DNA of 64,000 nucleotides. Origin: Eledone cirrhosa. Its lineage: Eukaryota. The notes under the pieces are model-generated. The model saw nothing but the letters and a program-made list of their open reading frames with translations. It was not told the origin of the DNA and did not search any database. Shown here in pieces: positions 1 through 12,909 of this stretch. The position numbers and the translations under genes are program-made. Positions within the stretch are counted from its first letter, which is position 1. Each line of letters begins with the position of its first letter. The stretch is from the NCBI GenBank assembly GCA_964016885.1, contig OZ024745.1:70370001-70434000 (forward strand), in the 5' to 3' direction.

Positions 1-89
1 ATATAATACATTCCATGATAATTCTGGTCCAAAGGCTGTTCTCGGGAAAAAATCTTATGACTCTGTTAATGTCTACCATTATTTATCAT

Positions 90-270
90 GGATTGGCAGT
101 ATCGGTGGAGGGTCGGACGCCATGCTTTCCAGCATAGTTACGTCCCTTTACGATCTGAGTTCAAATCCCGCCGAGGTTGACTTTGCCTTTCATCCTTACG
201 GGGTCGATAAAATAAAATACCAGTAATGCACTGGGTAATTGCTGGCCTTGTGCCTAAAGAAGAAACAATT
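90..270 (+). mobile_element. tRNA-derived SINE (Meta-domain-like core), full length
   Basis: A-box-like TGGCAGTATCGG, B-box GAGTTCAAATCC, core GACTTTGCCTTTCATCCTTACGGGGTCGATAAAATAAA, tail AGAAACAATT; flanked by ATTTATCAT direct repeat; about 16 copies in window. Confidence 0.9.
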
Positions 271-815
271 ATTTATCATTTACGTTAAATCCGTAATGTA
301 GGAATCATCAGTAAAATCAATATGTTATTTGTGTTTTCCAATGGAGATTACTGCAGAGTGTTTTAGCCAATTATTTCACGCGTCCTCAATGTTATTTGGT
401 TGATGGGACAGTATGGATAATATAGCACATTGCTATATAAATGATATGTATTGTTCCGTGTATTCAGTTTAGAATAAGTACTCGTTTACTTATTTAACAT
501 AAAAGGTAACCAAAAGTGTTATCAGGAGCGGTATTTGGTTGTAAATCATTGCTTGAAAAGAACATGACATGGAACCCGCAAGGTTAATCTCTGCTCTTGC
601 AAGAAAATGCCTTTAGAAAGCTTTTTCTATATCATTATATACGATCACAGTAAATCTGAATTTTTCTTTCATCCTTTTGAGATTGATAATATCAGGCACA
701 TACTAAAGTCGAATGAATCAAACATAACCCATTGGCTTCCTACCAATATGTAAAAGCAATAAAAGAGAAGGCGGTATTATAGAAAACCAGCTGTAACCTT
801 GTTTGTCTACATTGA

Positions 816-994
816 ATTGGCAGTATCGCTGGAGGGTTAGACACCATGCTTTCTGGCATAGTTACGTCCATTTATGATCTGAGTTCAAATCCCGTCGAGG
901 TTAACTTTGCCTTTCATCCTTACGGGGTCGATAAAACAAAGTACCGGTAATGTACTGGGTAATTGCTGGCCATGTGCCAAAAGTAGAAACAATT
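816..994 (+). mobile_element. SINE copy
   Basis: High identity to 90-270. Confidence 0.9.
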
Positions 995-1381
995 ATTAAG
1001 TATCTATTTTCTATGTTGTGATTTCAAATTTCATGGAGGCATACATTCATCCCTTATTAAAAATGTACAAAGTACAATCTCTGGTTGAATTACTTCATTT
1101 TACATAATCGCTATTATATAATTATACAGTACAGTTGGATAGTATTATTGAAATTGATCACTTAATGTTGTTACTACTGTTGTTCTTTCAGACCCATGTC
1201 CGGCTTAATTGAAAACAAAGCTCTTAACCTAGCTAATCCAGTTATAATCATGTTTTTATATTTAACATTAAAGACGAAGTTTGACGATTTGTATCTATGA
1301 CAACATCTATTAGTAATAACTATGGAAATATACAGTTCATATGACATTACGTATTTTAATTCCACTTCATTTCTCTATAAA

Positions 1382-1576
<195 letters not shown>

Positions 1577-1719
1577 ACCTGCTAATTTATACCCTTAAAA
1601 ATTACGGTTACTAATAAGTTGCTGTTTTAGAATGCTCAGTATTTTCAATGTTAAGTTATAAACATAAGTTTGAGACAAGAACGGGAAACAACGAAATAAA
1701 CTGGTATGTCTCGAAACAT

Positions 1720-1947
1720 TATCCCAAATGCCAGGAAACCCGCGTATAGGAGAAATACAAAAGATAGTACTAATGGGAACTGCCCATATACTAAGGAAGA
1801 TTCTGTCAATATAAGTACATCACAAGTCTAAACACCTAAAGATGCATGTGTGTATATATATGTTCTTTTTTGAACATGGCGGACCTTGTTGTCGCTTGAG
1901 GTCACTGGTTGTGACTTGGTGATAACTCGTATGAACATAAAGCAAGA
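1720..1947 (+). mobile_element. 5'-truncated 3' end of R4/Dong-like LINE
   Basis: Near-identical to about 2230-2452; encodes PGNPRIGEIQKIVLMGTAHILRKILSI* followed by 3' UTR. Confidence 0.75.
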
Positions 1948-2094
1948 TTTTTTTTTTTTTTTTAATAATCAATGTGCTGTATTAACTGGCTTACCAATGC
2001 ACACTGAATTTATTTGCCCTAGGTGTCAGGAAGACACTCGGCATATATCTCAGAAACAATAATGAAAGAAAATAACAATAATAATAATATAAAA

Positions 2095-2476
2095 ACATTT
2101 GAAAAATTGAGCAAATATAAAAGACCTGGAGATAGAAATTGGGAAAATGTGGAAATTGAGAACTAAAACAATACCAGTGGTTGTAGGCGCTCTAGGAATG
2201 TTACCAAAGGGGTCTAATGATTACTTATCGCAAATCCCAGGAAACCCGCGTATAGGAGAAATACAAAAGATAGTACTAATGGGAACTGCCCATATACTAA
2301 GGAAGATTCTGTCAATATAAGTACATCACAAGTCTAAACACTAAAGATGCATGTGTGAGTATGTATGTTCTTTCTTGAACATGGCGGACCTTGTTGTCGC
2401 TTGAGGTCACTGGTTGTGACTTGGTGATAACTCGTATGAACATAAAGCAAGATAAATGCAACTAAAATAATAATAA
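2095..2476 (+). mobile_element. R4/Dong-like LINE 3' end (REL endonuclease C-terminus)
   Basis: Reads KLSKYKDLEIEIGKMWKLRTKTIPVVVGALGMLPKG...EIQKIVLMGTAHILRKILSI*; flanked on both sides by (TAA)n. Confidence 0.8.
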
Positions 2477-2479
2477 AGG

Positions 2480-2930
2480 ATACAGGCGGATAAGAAATTA
2501 GAACAGAATAGGCCTGACCTGGTGGTTTTGGACAAGGAAAACAAATCGTCCCTGATTGGAGATGTAGCCTGCCCATTTGACACGAGAGTGCAAGAAAGGG
2601 AGATGGAGAAAATTAACCGATACCAGGAATTAAAGTGGGAGTTAAAAAGGATTTGGAACTGCCATGAAATCCAGGTTGTCCCGATTGTCATAGACACACT
2701 AGGTACTATCTTAAAGAGTTTCTAAGGATGGTTAAAGAGAGATTAGTCCAGCCCCGCTTTTTGTAACACTTCGAAAGGCATGCTTTCTGGGAACAGCAAG
2801 AACCCTCCGGTACGTCCTGAATAACTGAGACTGCAGGTAGCGGCTTGATATTCATTTCAACAAACTTTCCAGTTAAATAACATCAATGACTGAGACTCAA
2901 AGATCAATAATAATAATACTACTAATAATT
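2480..2930 (+). mobile_element. Second-family R4/Dong-like LINE 3' end (REL endonuclease, decayed)
   Basis: NRPDLVVLDKENKSSLIGDVACPFD...EKINRYQEL...VVPIVIDTLG (PD..D restriction-like endonuclease signature); ends in (TAA)n. Confidence 0.8.
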
Positions 2931-2931
2931 A

Positions 2932-3120
2932 TTATTTCTATTTTTTGCACAAGGCCAGCAATTATCCCAGTGTATTACTGGTACTTTATTTTAACGACCC
3001 CGTAAGGATGAAAGGCAAAGTTAACCTCGGCGGTATTTGAACTCAGATCATAAAGGGCCGTAACTCTTTGCTGCAAAGCATGGCGTCCGACCCTCAACCG
3101 ATACTGCCAATCCATCGCCC
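2932..3120 (-). mobile_element. SINE copy
   Basis: Reverse complement of SINE consensus. Confidence 0.9.
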
Positions 3121-4336
3121 TTCTAATACTACTACTACTAATAATAATAGTTTCAAAGTATGCCCTCCTGTTGTCTCTCAAAAACTGTATTTTGCAGGTA
3201 AACACACACACACATACGCGCGCGCGCGAGTGTGTGTGTGTGTTTGCATGTTTATGTGTGCGTACTGGTTAATCACATATATAATGTGATTTTTTGTGAT
3301 TTGTGTCTCTCTTTCTCTGCTCAATAACACAATGTTTGTTATAAAACACATGATGTAATTCTTGTCTCTCAGTCAGTCAATATTTCATTTTGTTTTTCAC
3401 TACTGATGTAAATAATATAAAATTACGTACTATTATTATTGTTTTGTATTATATCAAATGTCAGATTTGTGTATAAAATGACAGTATTACAGTAAAGATT
3501 CGAGTAGTCTGCACAATGTGATATGTCAACAGGTAAAAAGTAACTGTATTATCTAATGGTCAGAGAGATGTTCCATGAATAATATTGACTCATTATATTA
3601 GGAGTCTTGGAGCAGTGGATTGGTAGTATCTGTAGAGCGATATATTTAAGGGGAAGAAAAAACAATGGAAAAACTAGTAGATAATAGAGAAAAATAGGTG
3701 AGATAAATGGGGATGGACAACATTCTACACTCTTAGCTAGGCGTACGTTTTGGTTGTGACAAGATGCCGAAAACCTTAAGACGGAGTGATGGTCGTTGCA
3801 TTAGCGTCAAGCATAAACATCGGCCCTGAAAATCTATCGATCGTAGACAACGGAAGTATCCGTTGTAGCTAGCACAAAACCGAAACAGCAAGTAAAAGCC
3901 CAGTATTTGATAATTGAGAACGATCTATAGTATTTACAATAACCAATAACATGCACTCATAAAACAAACAAGTAACCCCAACTGATATAAATGATAGTAT
4001 CAATATAACCAGTTTAATATTGATACTGGTGGCAGGGGTGGGTAACCGAACGTTAGATAGATAGATACATAGGTAGACAGACAGACAGATAGATACATAG
4101 ATAAACCAATATGCCCCAGATAATGATATGCTGCTCTTCAAATCCACCAACATATCAAGGACATGGGAGCAGTGTGGACTGGTGTCTAAGAAACAATAGC
4201 ATGCACCTACTTACACAATATATATATATTATATATAGTAATAATAATAATAAGTTTGAAGACTAAAATCCAAAGAGGGCTCGATATATATATCAAATAT
4301 ATATATATCAAATATATAAGAACCGTAGTTATTTTA

Positions 4337-4401
<65 letters not shown>

Positions 4402-4404
<3 letters not shown>

Positions 4405-4640
4405 TTTCTGAATTTGTTTAGCAAGATTCTTTATCTGAAATCGTGTGTTGAAACCGATATTGTTATACTTTGGGAGGGTCATGTTGCCAATAAGAAACAC
4501 ACGCACCAGTTGCTTTCACTTCAATTTAATTTATTATATATTTATAAATTTGTAAATTTATAAATATATAATAAATTAAATTGAAGTGAAAGCAACTGGT
4601 GCGTGTGTTTCTTATTGGCAACATGACCCTCCCAAAGTAT

Positions 4641-4648
<8 letters not shown>
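4402..4648 (-). mobile_element. (TA)n-embedded fold-back insert, family A (putative PLE terminal-repeat remnant)
   Basis: Near-perfect inverted repeat 4457-4551/4554-4648 plus a unique tail of about 55 bp at 4402-4456; same sequence as the ends of the HHR-bearing insert at 32718-33058. Confidence 0.75.
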
Positions 4649-4682
<34 letters not shown>

Positions 4683-5059
4683 AGAGAGGGAGAGAGAGGG
4701 GGGAGTAAGGAGTTAACAGAACAGGGATGTGTGGATCACGACGTGGTTTGTTGGTTGTAAAGCATATAAAAAGAATCGCTCGATGACCTGTATAAATGGT
4801 ACAACACGGAGCATTATATGTATTAATAAAAGATCGAAGGCCATAATCAGTTGATTCAGATTTATTTAAAACTCCGTTATACTTCTTTCACTATCAGTTA
4901 TGATAGCCTGAGCTCTTCCGACAGCAAAACCTAAAATAAACATAGAAAGTTCCTATGAAACCTTTAAATTTGAAAAAATCTAATAATTTCTCCGAAAAAA
5001 GATTTTCTTTTCAGGGGGCCGGCTGAAAGCGTGTTGTTGTTTCTTCGATACAAAGCACA

Positions 5060-5670
5060 AACCTTCCATCTCAATTTTGCCTTTGAAAAGCATAAGGACT
5101 GTGAAACCGGTAAAGGAAATAAATAAATATTCTTAAAAAGACTCCAGTTGCATTTTCGATTTCTTTTCCTCATAATTTCACCCGTGTAGGACGTCTTGTT
5201 TTTTTTTATAAAAACACCTCATTTTCCTAGGAGCCATAACATTAAGAAATACATGAATGTACCACATAATTTTGAAAGTAGGTTTATAATTATAAATATT
5301 CATGAGATGTTTCGTAGTTGTCTATGTGGCCTAGTGGTAGGTACTAGAGACAGTGGCGATCCTGGTCTTGGGTTCAATCCTGTTCTATAGGTACATTTAG
5401 CATTTTTCAGTTTCTTTTTTACATTCCATGGAAAAAAAACTGAAAAGGTTTACCGGGAACCCTACTCCGATCAGGATCAAACTTCAAACCAGGATCACCA
5501 CCGTCTATGATGCCTCCATCTAGGCCGCCGAGACAGCTAAAAAATTATCATGAAAATTAATAATTATAAACCTACTTTCAAACTCAAAGTTAAAAAGTCG
5601 TGGAGTCGTTCTTGGCTTTCCTAGAGCTATTAGTCATATTTAGGATCGACTTGTCAATCTGGCTCTTTGG
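5060..5670. mobile_element. Internal portion of non-autonomous DNA element with imperfect tRNA-like palindrome
   Basis: IR TTGAAAGTAGGTTTATAATTAT...ATAATTATAAACCTACTTTCAA (about 5272-5582); homologous to 37577-37995 and 47600-47700. Confidence 0.6.
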
Positions 5671-5734
5671 TAACAACCATATTATTCCTATGTGTGTTTA
5701 ACTGTTGAATTAATTTAATTTGATTATTTTAACA

Positions 5735-5781
<47 letters not shown>

Positions 5782-5946
5782 AATGAACATATGATAGGGA
5801 TAAACACTGATACAAGTATACATGTGTTCGCATTGAAAATGACCAAGTTAGCTAGATTGAAACATACTAATTAAAATAATACGGTTTGCCTGTCTCGATT
5901 TAAAATAATAAATCAATAAAAACAAACCTATATTGGCAATAGCCGT

Positions 5947-6030
5947 GATACCTGAACAAATTTTAAATTTTAAATTTGTTTCGCAACAATTAAGTGAAAG
6001 TTCCCATTCCTGTGCTCTTCTGCAGGTATC
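5947..6030 (-). ncRNA. Type I hammerhead ribozyme motif (left-arm copy)
   Basis: Minus strand: GATACCTG CAGAAGA [stem II] GAAA CAAATTT..AAATTTG TT CAGGTATC. Confidence 0.65.
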
Positions 6031-6204
6031 CAGAAATTGGAAAGTTTCACTTCAAAATACTTAAGAAGACTGAGAGAAATGTGTTGTTGAAAGCACATGT
6101 GTCACAGCGCCTAGCACGTCCCACACTCGTGCCGCTAAAATAGCAGCCGGTTTTATGGGACTAAAAGTTAGCTCAACGCATGGAGCCGATAATACCAATT
6201 TCTG

Positions 6205-6281
6205 GATACCTGCAGAAGAGCACAGGAATGGCAACTTTCACTTAATTGTTGCGAAACAAATTTAAAATGTGTCCAGGTATC
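6205..6281 (+). ncRNA. Type I hammerhead ribozyme motif, U4A core variant
   Basis: Stem I GATACCTG/CAGGTATC (8 bp), core CAGAAGA, stem II GCAC../..GTTGC, GAAA, stem III, GTC cleavage triplet. Confidence 0.7.
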
Positions 6282-6551
6282 ACGGCTATTGCCAATATAG
6301 GTTTGTTTTTATTGATTTATTATTTTAAATCGAGACAGGCAAACCGTATTATTTTAATTAGTATTTTTCAATCTAGCTAACTTGGTCATTTGCAATGGAA
6401 CACATGTATACTTGTATCAGTGTTTATCTCTATCATATATTCATTTGTATTACACGGCTCAGAAATATTCCATTCTTTGAGCTATTTAATTGTAAAAGAC
6501 TATTTGAGTTTATAACTCTATATATAATATATATATATATTTATATATATA

Positions 6552-6724
6552 CCGTGGCGGATTTGTCAGGTTGCCGAATGGCAAGTGGGCCTCAGAGTTC
6601 CCACAGTAGCATTACAGGGCCCACTGTAGTATTTTAGGCGCCTATGTATTTTAGGGGCATTCTATATGTAGGAGGGCCCCCTTCATCTCCTGGCACCAAT
6701 ATTTTTAGACCCAGCGCGCCACTG
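6552..6724. mobile_element. Short TIR MITE in TA repeat
   Basis: Ends CCGTGGCGGA...CGCGCCACTG (family consensus CAGTGGCGGA/TCCGCCACTG); left half matches 35450-35570, right half matches 36608-36673 and 38146-38213. Confidence 0.75.
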
Positions 6725-6729
6725 TATAC

Positions 6730-6798
<69 letters not shown>

Positions 6799-7499
6799 GT
6801 AGAGGCCTTAGTTACTGCAAGATACTCCCATCATAGTATCTCACGTTTACTTTATGATGGAGGGATTTTTGGTTAGGTAGTGGGGTTTAATATGTTCGTA
6901 CATCCCGCGCCCACTTAGTTTCAGCCTTCGCCTTATATAATTAACATATATTTTATATATGAAAGTAGACACCTCTTACGAATTGTATTCTATTATAAGA
7001 AAGTGGGGAGTTTTCAGGTTCGACCTCATTATATGTCAAGGAAGTTTATTTCCAATTCAACCTAGAGCAACCCGAAATTCGATAACAGTAAACTGTATGG
7101 AATGTGTTTGTAATTCAAAACTAGAGTCGTATTACATATTGTTGTAAGATGTTTTGGTTGTGTAATTAGCACCCTTGTTGAGTCATGAGTCCAGTTCTTC
7201 CAAATAAAATAATTGCAATTTGCCGTTTGGCAAACTGACGTACATAGTTCTGACACTTCTTGCTCTGATACATTGACATACGCACAACGTTCCTTAGTTA
7301 TCTAGTTTGTTTTAGTAATTCCCTCTAAGACCATGTAGCAGAAATATAGGAAATAAAATATTTTAGATATATGTGAGTTTAATGCAATATTACGTATTGT
7401 TGGTGTAACGTAGCCAAATATAATGATACATTTGAGCAAACCGATATTAGAAGCTGCTACTACTGCTGTTGTCATTTTTTGTTGTTTAACACCATGTCA

Positions 7500-7870
7500 C
7501 TCTGGGGTTTTAAAGCGTCTTCAAGATACGTATTCCGGCTTTTTGCGGAGGTGGGGATATTATGTAACTAGAACTACATTATCAAATATGGCCCTCACAT
7601 TTCATGACGGTAGAGTATTAATTGGAGGAGATGTGACTGCCAATACTTATAACTGGATTGGTCACTTTAGAGCGCAGTACATTGTTGGCGCCTTTGCATC
7701 AGAAGTTAAAACATTAGGGAAAAGATTTTATTAAAACCTAAAACAAAATTAAGTAGTGAACGAAATTGAACTGGCACCAATGAGTATTTCAAATGTCATA
7801 AGCACTTGCGATGAATGATTACAGTCAGAACAGAAAGAAACCTCTGTTGGACATTTCCTTTCAACACAAT
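7500..7870 (+). pseudogene. Possible highly decayed LINE APE endonuclease fragment
   Basis: VLIGGDVTANTYNW resembles the APE GDFNA..W motif; downstream ETSVGH weakly resembles SDH. Confidence 0.3.
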
Positions 7871-8409
7871 AGCAGGCGTTTTTCATTTCAAAAGCAGTTA
7901 TAACATTTGTTGCAACGGGGGAGGAATGGTGCAAGTGAATATTTTAGGAAATATAGATTTCCTTTGATGACGTACTTCATATAAAAGTAACACTTTCGAT
8001 GTCTTTGATTCTTCATAACACATATGACAGATAGTAATTATTATTAGATTGATAAGTTGTTAAAAATTGTTTTAAGTGGGAAGGTTTTAAATATTAAACT
8101 CCACATCACATACGCCTGATAGATGAATCAAAAGTGTCTCTCCGTTTAATGTGACTGAATTATAAATAAAGGCAGAATACTTTGTAAAAATATCTTTAAC
8201 TGTCTAACTTATATGTGTAAAATTATCGAATAATTAATGAATACATTGAGACTATACTTGTATAATGAATATGTACAAAGTCTGAGGCAAATTGCACACA
8301 AGATATTACGCACCTAATACTATAATATTAGGGTCAACATACTTGAATGAATGAGGAGGAAAAATATAGATATTTAATGATATTTATGCAAATTAGTTCT
8401 TTACCCAAA

Positions 8410-8650
8410 TACTCCTGACAGGGTCACAGGAGCAGAATCCTCAGACACGTCTTCCAGAGGATTCTCTCAAAAACAACCGTCTCTAACTGGTTCGACTGGA
8501 TCGTCGGGCGAGCCCATCAGAGTTCATAGCTGTTATCCAACCATCTTGCTTGTTGTTGATCTCTGCGCCTCCTGTCGGATGCCGTTTTCTGTCAAATCTG
8601 TTCAGCGTCGTCTTTCTTAGACATTCTAATCACACGTTCCTTGTATCGGA
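8410..8650 (-). mobile_element. Possible decayed RTE-like LINE 3' end
   Basis: GC-richer segment; minus frame RRRRDQQQARWLDN resembles the RTE C-terminal GRPRxRWxD motif. Confidence 0.35.
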
Positions 8651-9210
8651 GCTATGATTTAGATTTAAAAAAAAAACGGAAAAACATTAGTTAAATAGCT
8701 AATACCTGTTATCATATATTAGAAATTACTGATGGCCACTGCAGAAAAAATTCAAATATTATTATACCCCTTCAGAGGTATAATAATATACGTGCCTTTC
8801 TCCAGATATTATGATGAATTTCGATGTGTAGTACATTATTAAATATAGCAACATCGATTCTCTGTTCGTCAGCTAGCTTGAACTCGACAATACCTCTACA
8901 TGTCCTTGCCAGACACGAAGCATAGACATTACTGCAGGAGCTAAACAAGGAGATTCCTATATATTTAAAACAAGCTACCGTGTCTCGTAAACCTGCTCAA
9001 AACATATTATGATGTGCATACAGTGCAACTTAGGGCGATACCTAATCTCTCAGGGGCTAGTGTCACCAAATAGATAAAATATCTGAAATGATGCAAGGCC
9101 GCTGGGAACGATGAGATTCGGCCCGAAATGTTTAAAACTATCTGCATATGTTATATATATATTTATGAAAATAACAGATTAAAGTTTAAGCAAAGAATCG
9201 CTGCTTTCAC

Positions 9211-9285
<75 letters not shown>

Positions 9286-9551
9286 TTACCCACGATATTA
9301 TTATACCATAAGCTATCATTAGTATGGTGATATAATTGAGGTGGCAAAAATGCAAGCGATAACAGCTAGACCCATTCTCATGCCAAGCGATGAAGACGTT
9401 ACTTGTACCCTCACGATGATCTTCACCTAATCTAAAGCGGTAGCCTCTAAACACTTTTACTTCTTCATAATTACGTTACTCAATTTTCTCAAATATTATT
9501 TTCTATGATTGATTATTTTTATGGCAATTTGCGTTGGTGTGCATCCATTTC

Positions 9552-9586
<35 letters not shown>

Positions 9587-10455
9587 GTGTTGTTATGAAA
9601 ATAATACAAAGGATAATTTACGACTCAACTAAATTTCTAAATCTGAAGAAGACAAAACAAAACACATATAGATGTGGACGATCACGTTTATCATTAAGAA
9701 TAAGATATTCTGTTCTTAACTTCATTTTCCCTACGTCATACATTTTCAACTCAAATATAATTCATTTACAGAAATACCCAACCTTTAAACATATAAAATA
9801 TAAAATACGCTCTGAAATTCAATCTTCAATCATGAAAGCACTATTCCTAAAGCTATTGTTCGCAGGTGAATCATAGATAACAAATAATAATATAAAAAAA
9901 TATGAATCCACTTCTAAATTAAATGAGGGCTGGGAAGAATATAATGAAAGCGGAAGATTAAAGACAGTAAATCACATTGGAATAAGAATAATTTCTTTTT
10001 CAAAATGGTTGCCGCTTACGCTGTGTTCCCTTCATATTCTCATCTTCCACTGAATATTTTGTTGTTTCCTGGAATATTTCCAACCTAATTATTAGGATGG
10101 CGCTTCATCCTTGAAATATTGTGGAGGACATAAAAAAGAATTGGATAAATAAGACACCAGTTAAGAATAATTGATCACATTTAGATATACGAAATTAAGG
10201 ATGTTAAGTAGGGAAATTATTTGGAAATTCAGTGGGATTTGGCAGCTTCTGGAGAAAATTGGAGTAGGATTTCTTTTCAGAAGCTTGAAAATTGCCCATA
10301 TTTTTCTAATTCTCGCAAATTTTACAGAGACTATTATTTTCTTTTGTGTCTTGGCTTCTTTTCTTTTTCTTTCATCAGTCGTTTACTAAGTATTATTTTT
10401 AATAAACTTCTTATCTGTCTTGTTTTTCTTCGATATATCTCAACTAGAATGTATC

Positions 10456-10495
<40 letters not shown>

Positions 10496-10735
10496 CAAAT
10501 GAAAGTACAACATATTCGAAGCTCGAGCCGCAGCAAAGCCGACGAATGCCTTCGGCAGTGTCTCTTTCCCTTTACATTTAATATACATATATACATTCAT
10601 ACATACATACACACACACACACACACGCGCACACACAAATATATATATATATATATATGTGTGTGTACGTATATATATATATATATATGTGTGTGTATAT
10701 ATATATATGTATGTATATATATATATGTATATATT

Positions 10736-10769
<34 letters not shown>

Positions 10770-10771
<2 letters not shown>

Positions 10772-10904
10772 AACCAGTAAGACCCCGACGGCTTGAGCTC
10801 AGCCGTCGGGGTCTTACTGGTTCCTATTACCCACTCTACTACCCCAAGTATTGAGTACTTTGGTGCGTTACGGTCCACCTGGTTCCTTACCACATTTCCT
10901 TCGT

Positions 10905-10906
<2 letters not shown>
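10770..10906 (+). mobile_element. (TA)n-embedded fold-back insert, family F (HHR 3' half)
   Basis: Hairpin GGAACCAGTAAGACCCCGACGGC..GCCGTCGGGGTCTTACTGGTTCC plus tail ending CCTTCGTTA; homologous to 33728, 40019, 40287, 43184, 54420. Confidence 0.8.
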
Positions 10907-10964
<58 letters not shown>

Positions 10965-11103
10965 TATATGTGTGTATAGTGGTAGCTATGTTGCTTCTGT
11001 AGGCGGTATGCCAAAATTAGCACTCGATATTCAGCAGAGTAGAGTGTATATATTATCAAGAAAACAAAAAATGTTCAGTGTTGCATCTGTACTTAGTTTA
11101 TTT

Positions 11104-11194
11104 CGTGTTACAAATGTTTCGCCGGCATGTAGCTCGAGTCATGGTCCTCGTATGGATCTGGCTGATTCTACTTCTGCGGGTTCTTTCAGACACG
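11104..11194 (-). ncRNA. Hammerhead-like motif (left arm)
   Basis: Inverted copy of 11280-11370. Confidence 0.55.
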
Positions 11195-11279
11195 TCTGTT
11201 ATGTCCGGAGCAAATTTTATCATGTTAGTAACATGAAGGCATATCACTCAAGGATAAAATTTGCTCCAGACATAACAGA

Positions 11280-11370
11280 CGTGTCTGAAAGACCCCGCAG
11301 AAGTAGAATCAGCCAGATCCATACAAGGACCATGACTCGAGCTACATGCCGGCGAAACATTTGTAACACG
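11280..11370 (+). ncRNA. Type I hammerhead-like motif with one-nucleotide core insertion
   Basis: CGTGT CTGAAAGA [long stem II CCCGCA..TGCCGG] GAAA CATTTG TA ACACG followed by AATAAA. Confidence 0.6.
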
Positions 11371-11417
11371 AAATAAACTAAGTCCAGATGCAACACTGAT
11401 TTTTCGTTTTCTTGATA

Positions 11418-11575
<158 letters not shown>

Positions 11576-12793
11576 GTGTGTCTGTGTGTATATATGTGTG
11601 TGTGAATGTATGTATATTAAAGGTAAAGGGAAAGAGACAGATAAAACGAGAATTTAACAGTAGTATGTTAATGTGTACACTACATAATATCATTTTAGCG
11701 ATGCTATATTATAGTCTAAACTCGCTAATTGACGATCAGAGGGGCGAACGTTAATGATAACCATTCGAATTAATAGCTAATTCTATACAGGAACTACCAA
11801 ATATTATACCATATGTGAACAAAATTTGAATAAAATATGAGAGACTAATTCAATGTGTAGAAACATATATACTATAAAAGAATTACTAAAATTATGTATT
11901 AACATCTTATTTCACGATTGCTTCTTTTTCTGCTTAGTACATATGCTCATTAACTTAACTCTGAACTCCTAACGTAAATGTCAGTGAGATACAACGCGAC
12001 ACAATGTGTTTCAAGACGGACATATGAATTACAGGTACAGTCAATCCGACAGACTTACAATCAGTTTCCCTCTAACCAACTTCATCACAAGGCATGTATC
12101 GATCTCTGTTTATGGTACGTTGAACGTCTTAAATTGCTATGCAGAGGGATCGATCAGGACATTTTAAATTGTGAAGCAGGCATTTGCCAAAGCCTCGACC
12201 ACTAAAAAACAAAACACTTTACAATGAATGTAATTATATATTTCTTGTTTTAGGTTTCTGCTTCTTGACAATTGAAGCTTGGCTGAAAATGGTGTCCACA
12301 AATCATAATACTGAAGACGTTACTCATCATATTCCCTGATTTCTGTGCGATATATTATATGTTAGTAACATGGAAGCATAAAGCAAATCTTGTATCAAGG
12401 GTTTATGCATTATGACATCTATGCATTATATTGCCTAGTTTTATCGGTCCCTAAGGTAACACATATTTAAATGATGAACTACAACCATCACTCGTAATCG
12501 GATATGAGTTCCTAATATGTACCAGACTTTCACTAAGTGTTTTAGGTGCCCAAGCATTCCTCAGTCGACACCCACACCTTTGGGAATTTTTTTTCAGATG
12601 ACTAAGAGTACACCAGAGAAACTCCTGTGTAACATCACTCAAATATGGCCTAAATATTGAAATTATAATTTTTACTATGGTACTGTGCAGTCGTTTCTGT
12701 TACAGTAGCAACAATAACTATATATTTATATATATATATATGTATGTAAATATATATATATATGCCTGCACACACACAGCATATATACATATA

Positions 12794-12909
<116 letters not shown>

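Larger units (their letters stand above)
5777..6520 (+). mobile_element. (TA)n-embedded fold-back insert, family B
   Basis: IR arms about 5777-6040 and 6195-6450, spacer about 155 bp, unique 3' tail about 70 bp, (TA)n on both sides. Confidence 0.8.

Noticed and set aside
90-270. tRNA genes
   Set aside because: The A/B boxes belong to SINE heads with no cloverleaf; the same applies to 5320-5385
3805-3900. Hammerhead at CTGAAAA..GAAACAGCAAGTA
   Set aside because: G8 is missing and there is no convincing stem I or stem II closure
5777-6450. Classifying the palindromes as ordinary MITEs or pre-miRNAs
   Set aside because: Arms are asymmetric with a one-sided tail, central junctions vary among copies, and HHR motifs are embedded
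9085-9140. Hammerhead at ATGATGCAAGGCCG..CGGCCCGAAA
   Set aside because: Core has two deviations and stem I is absent
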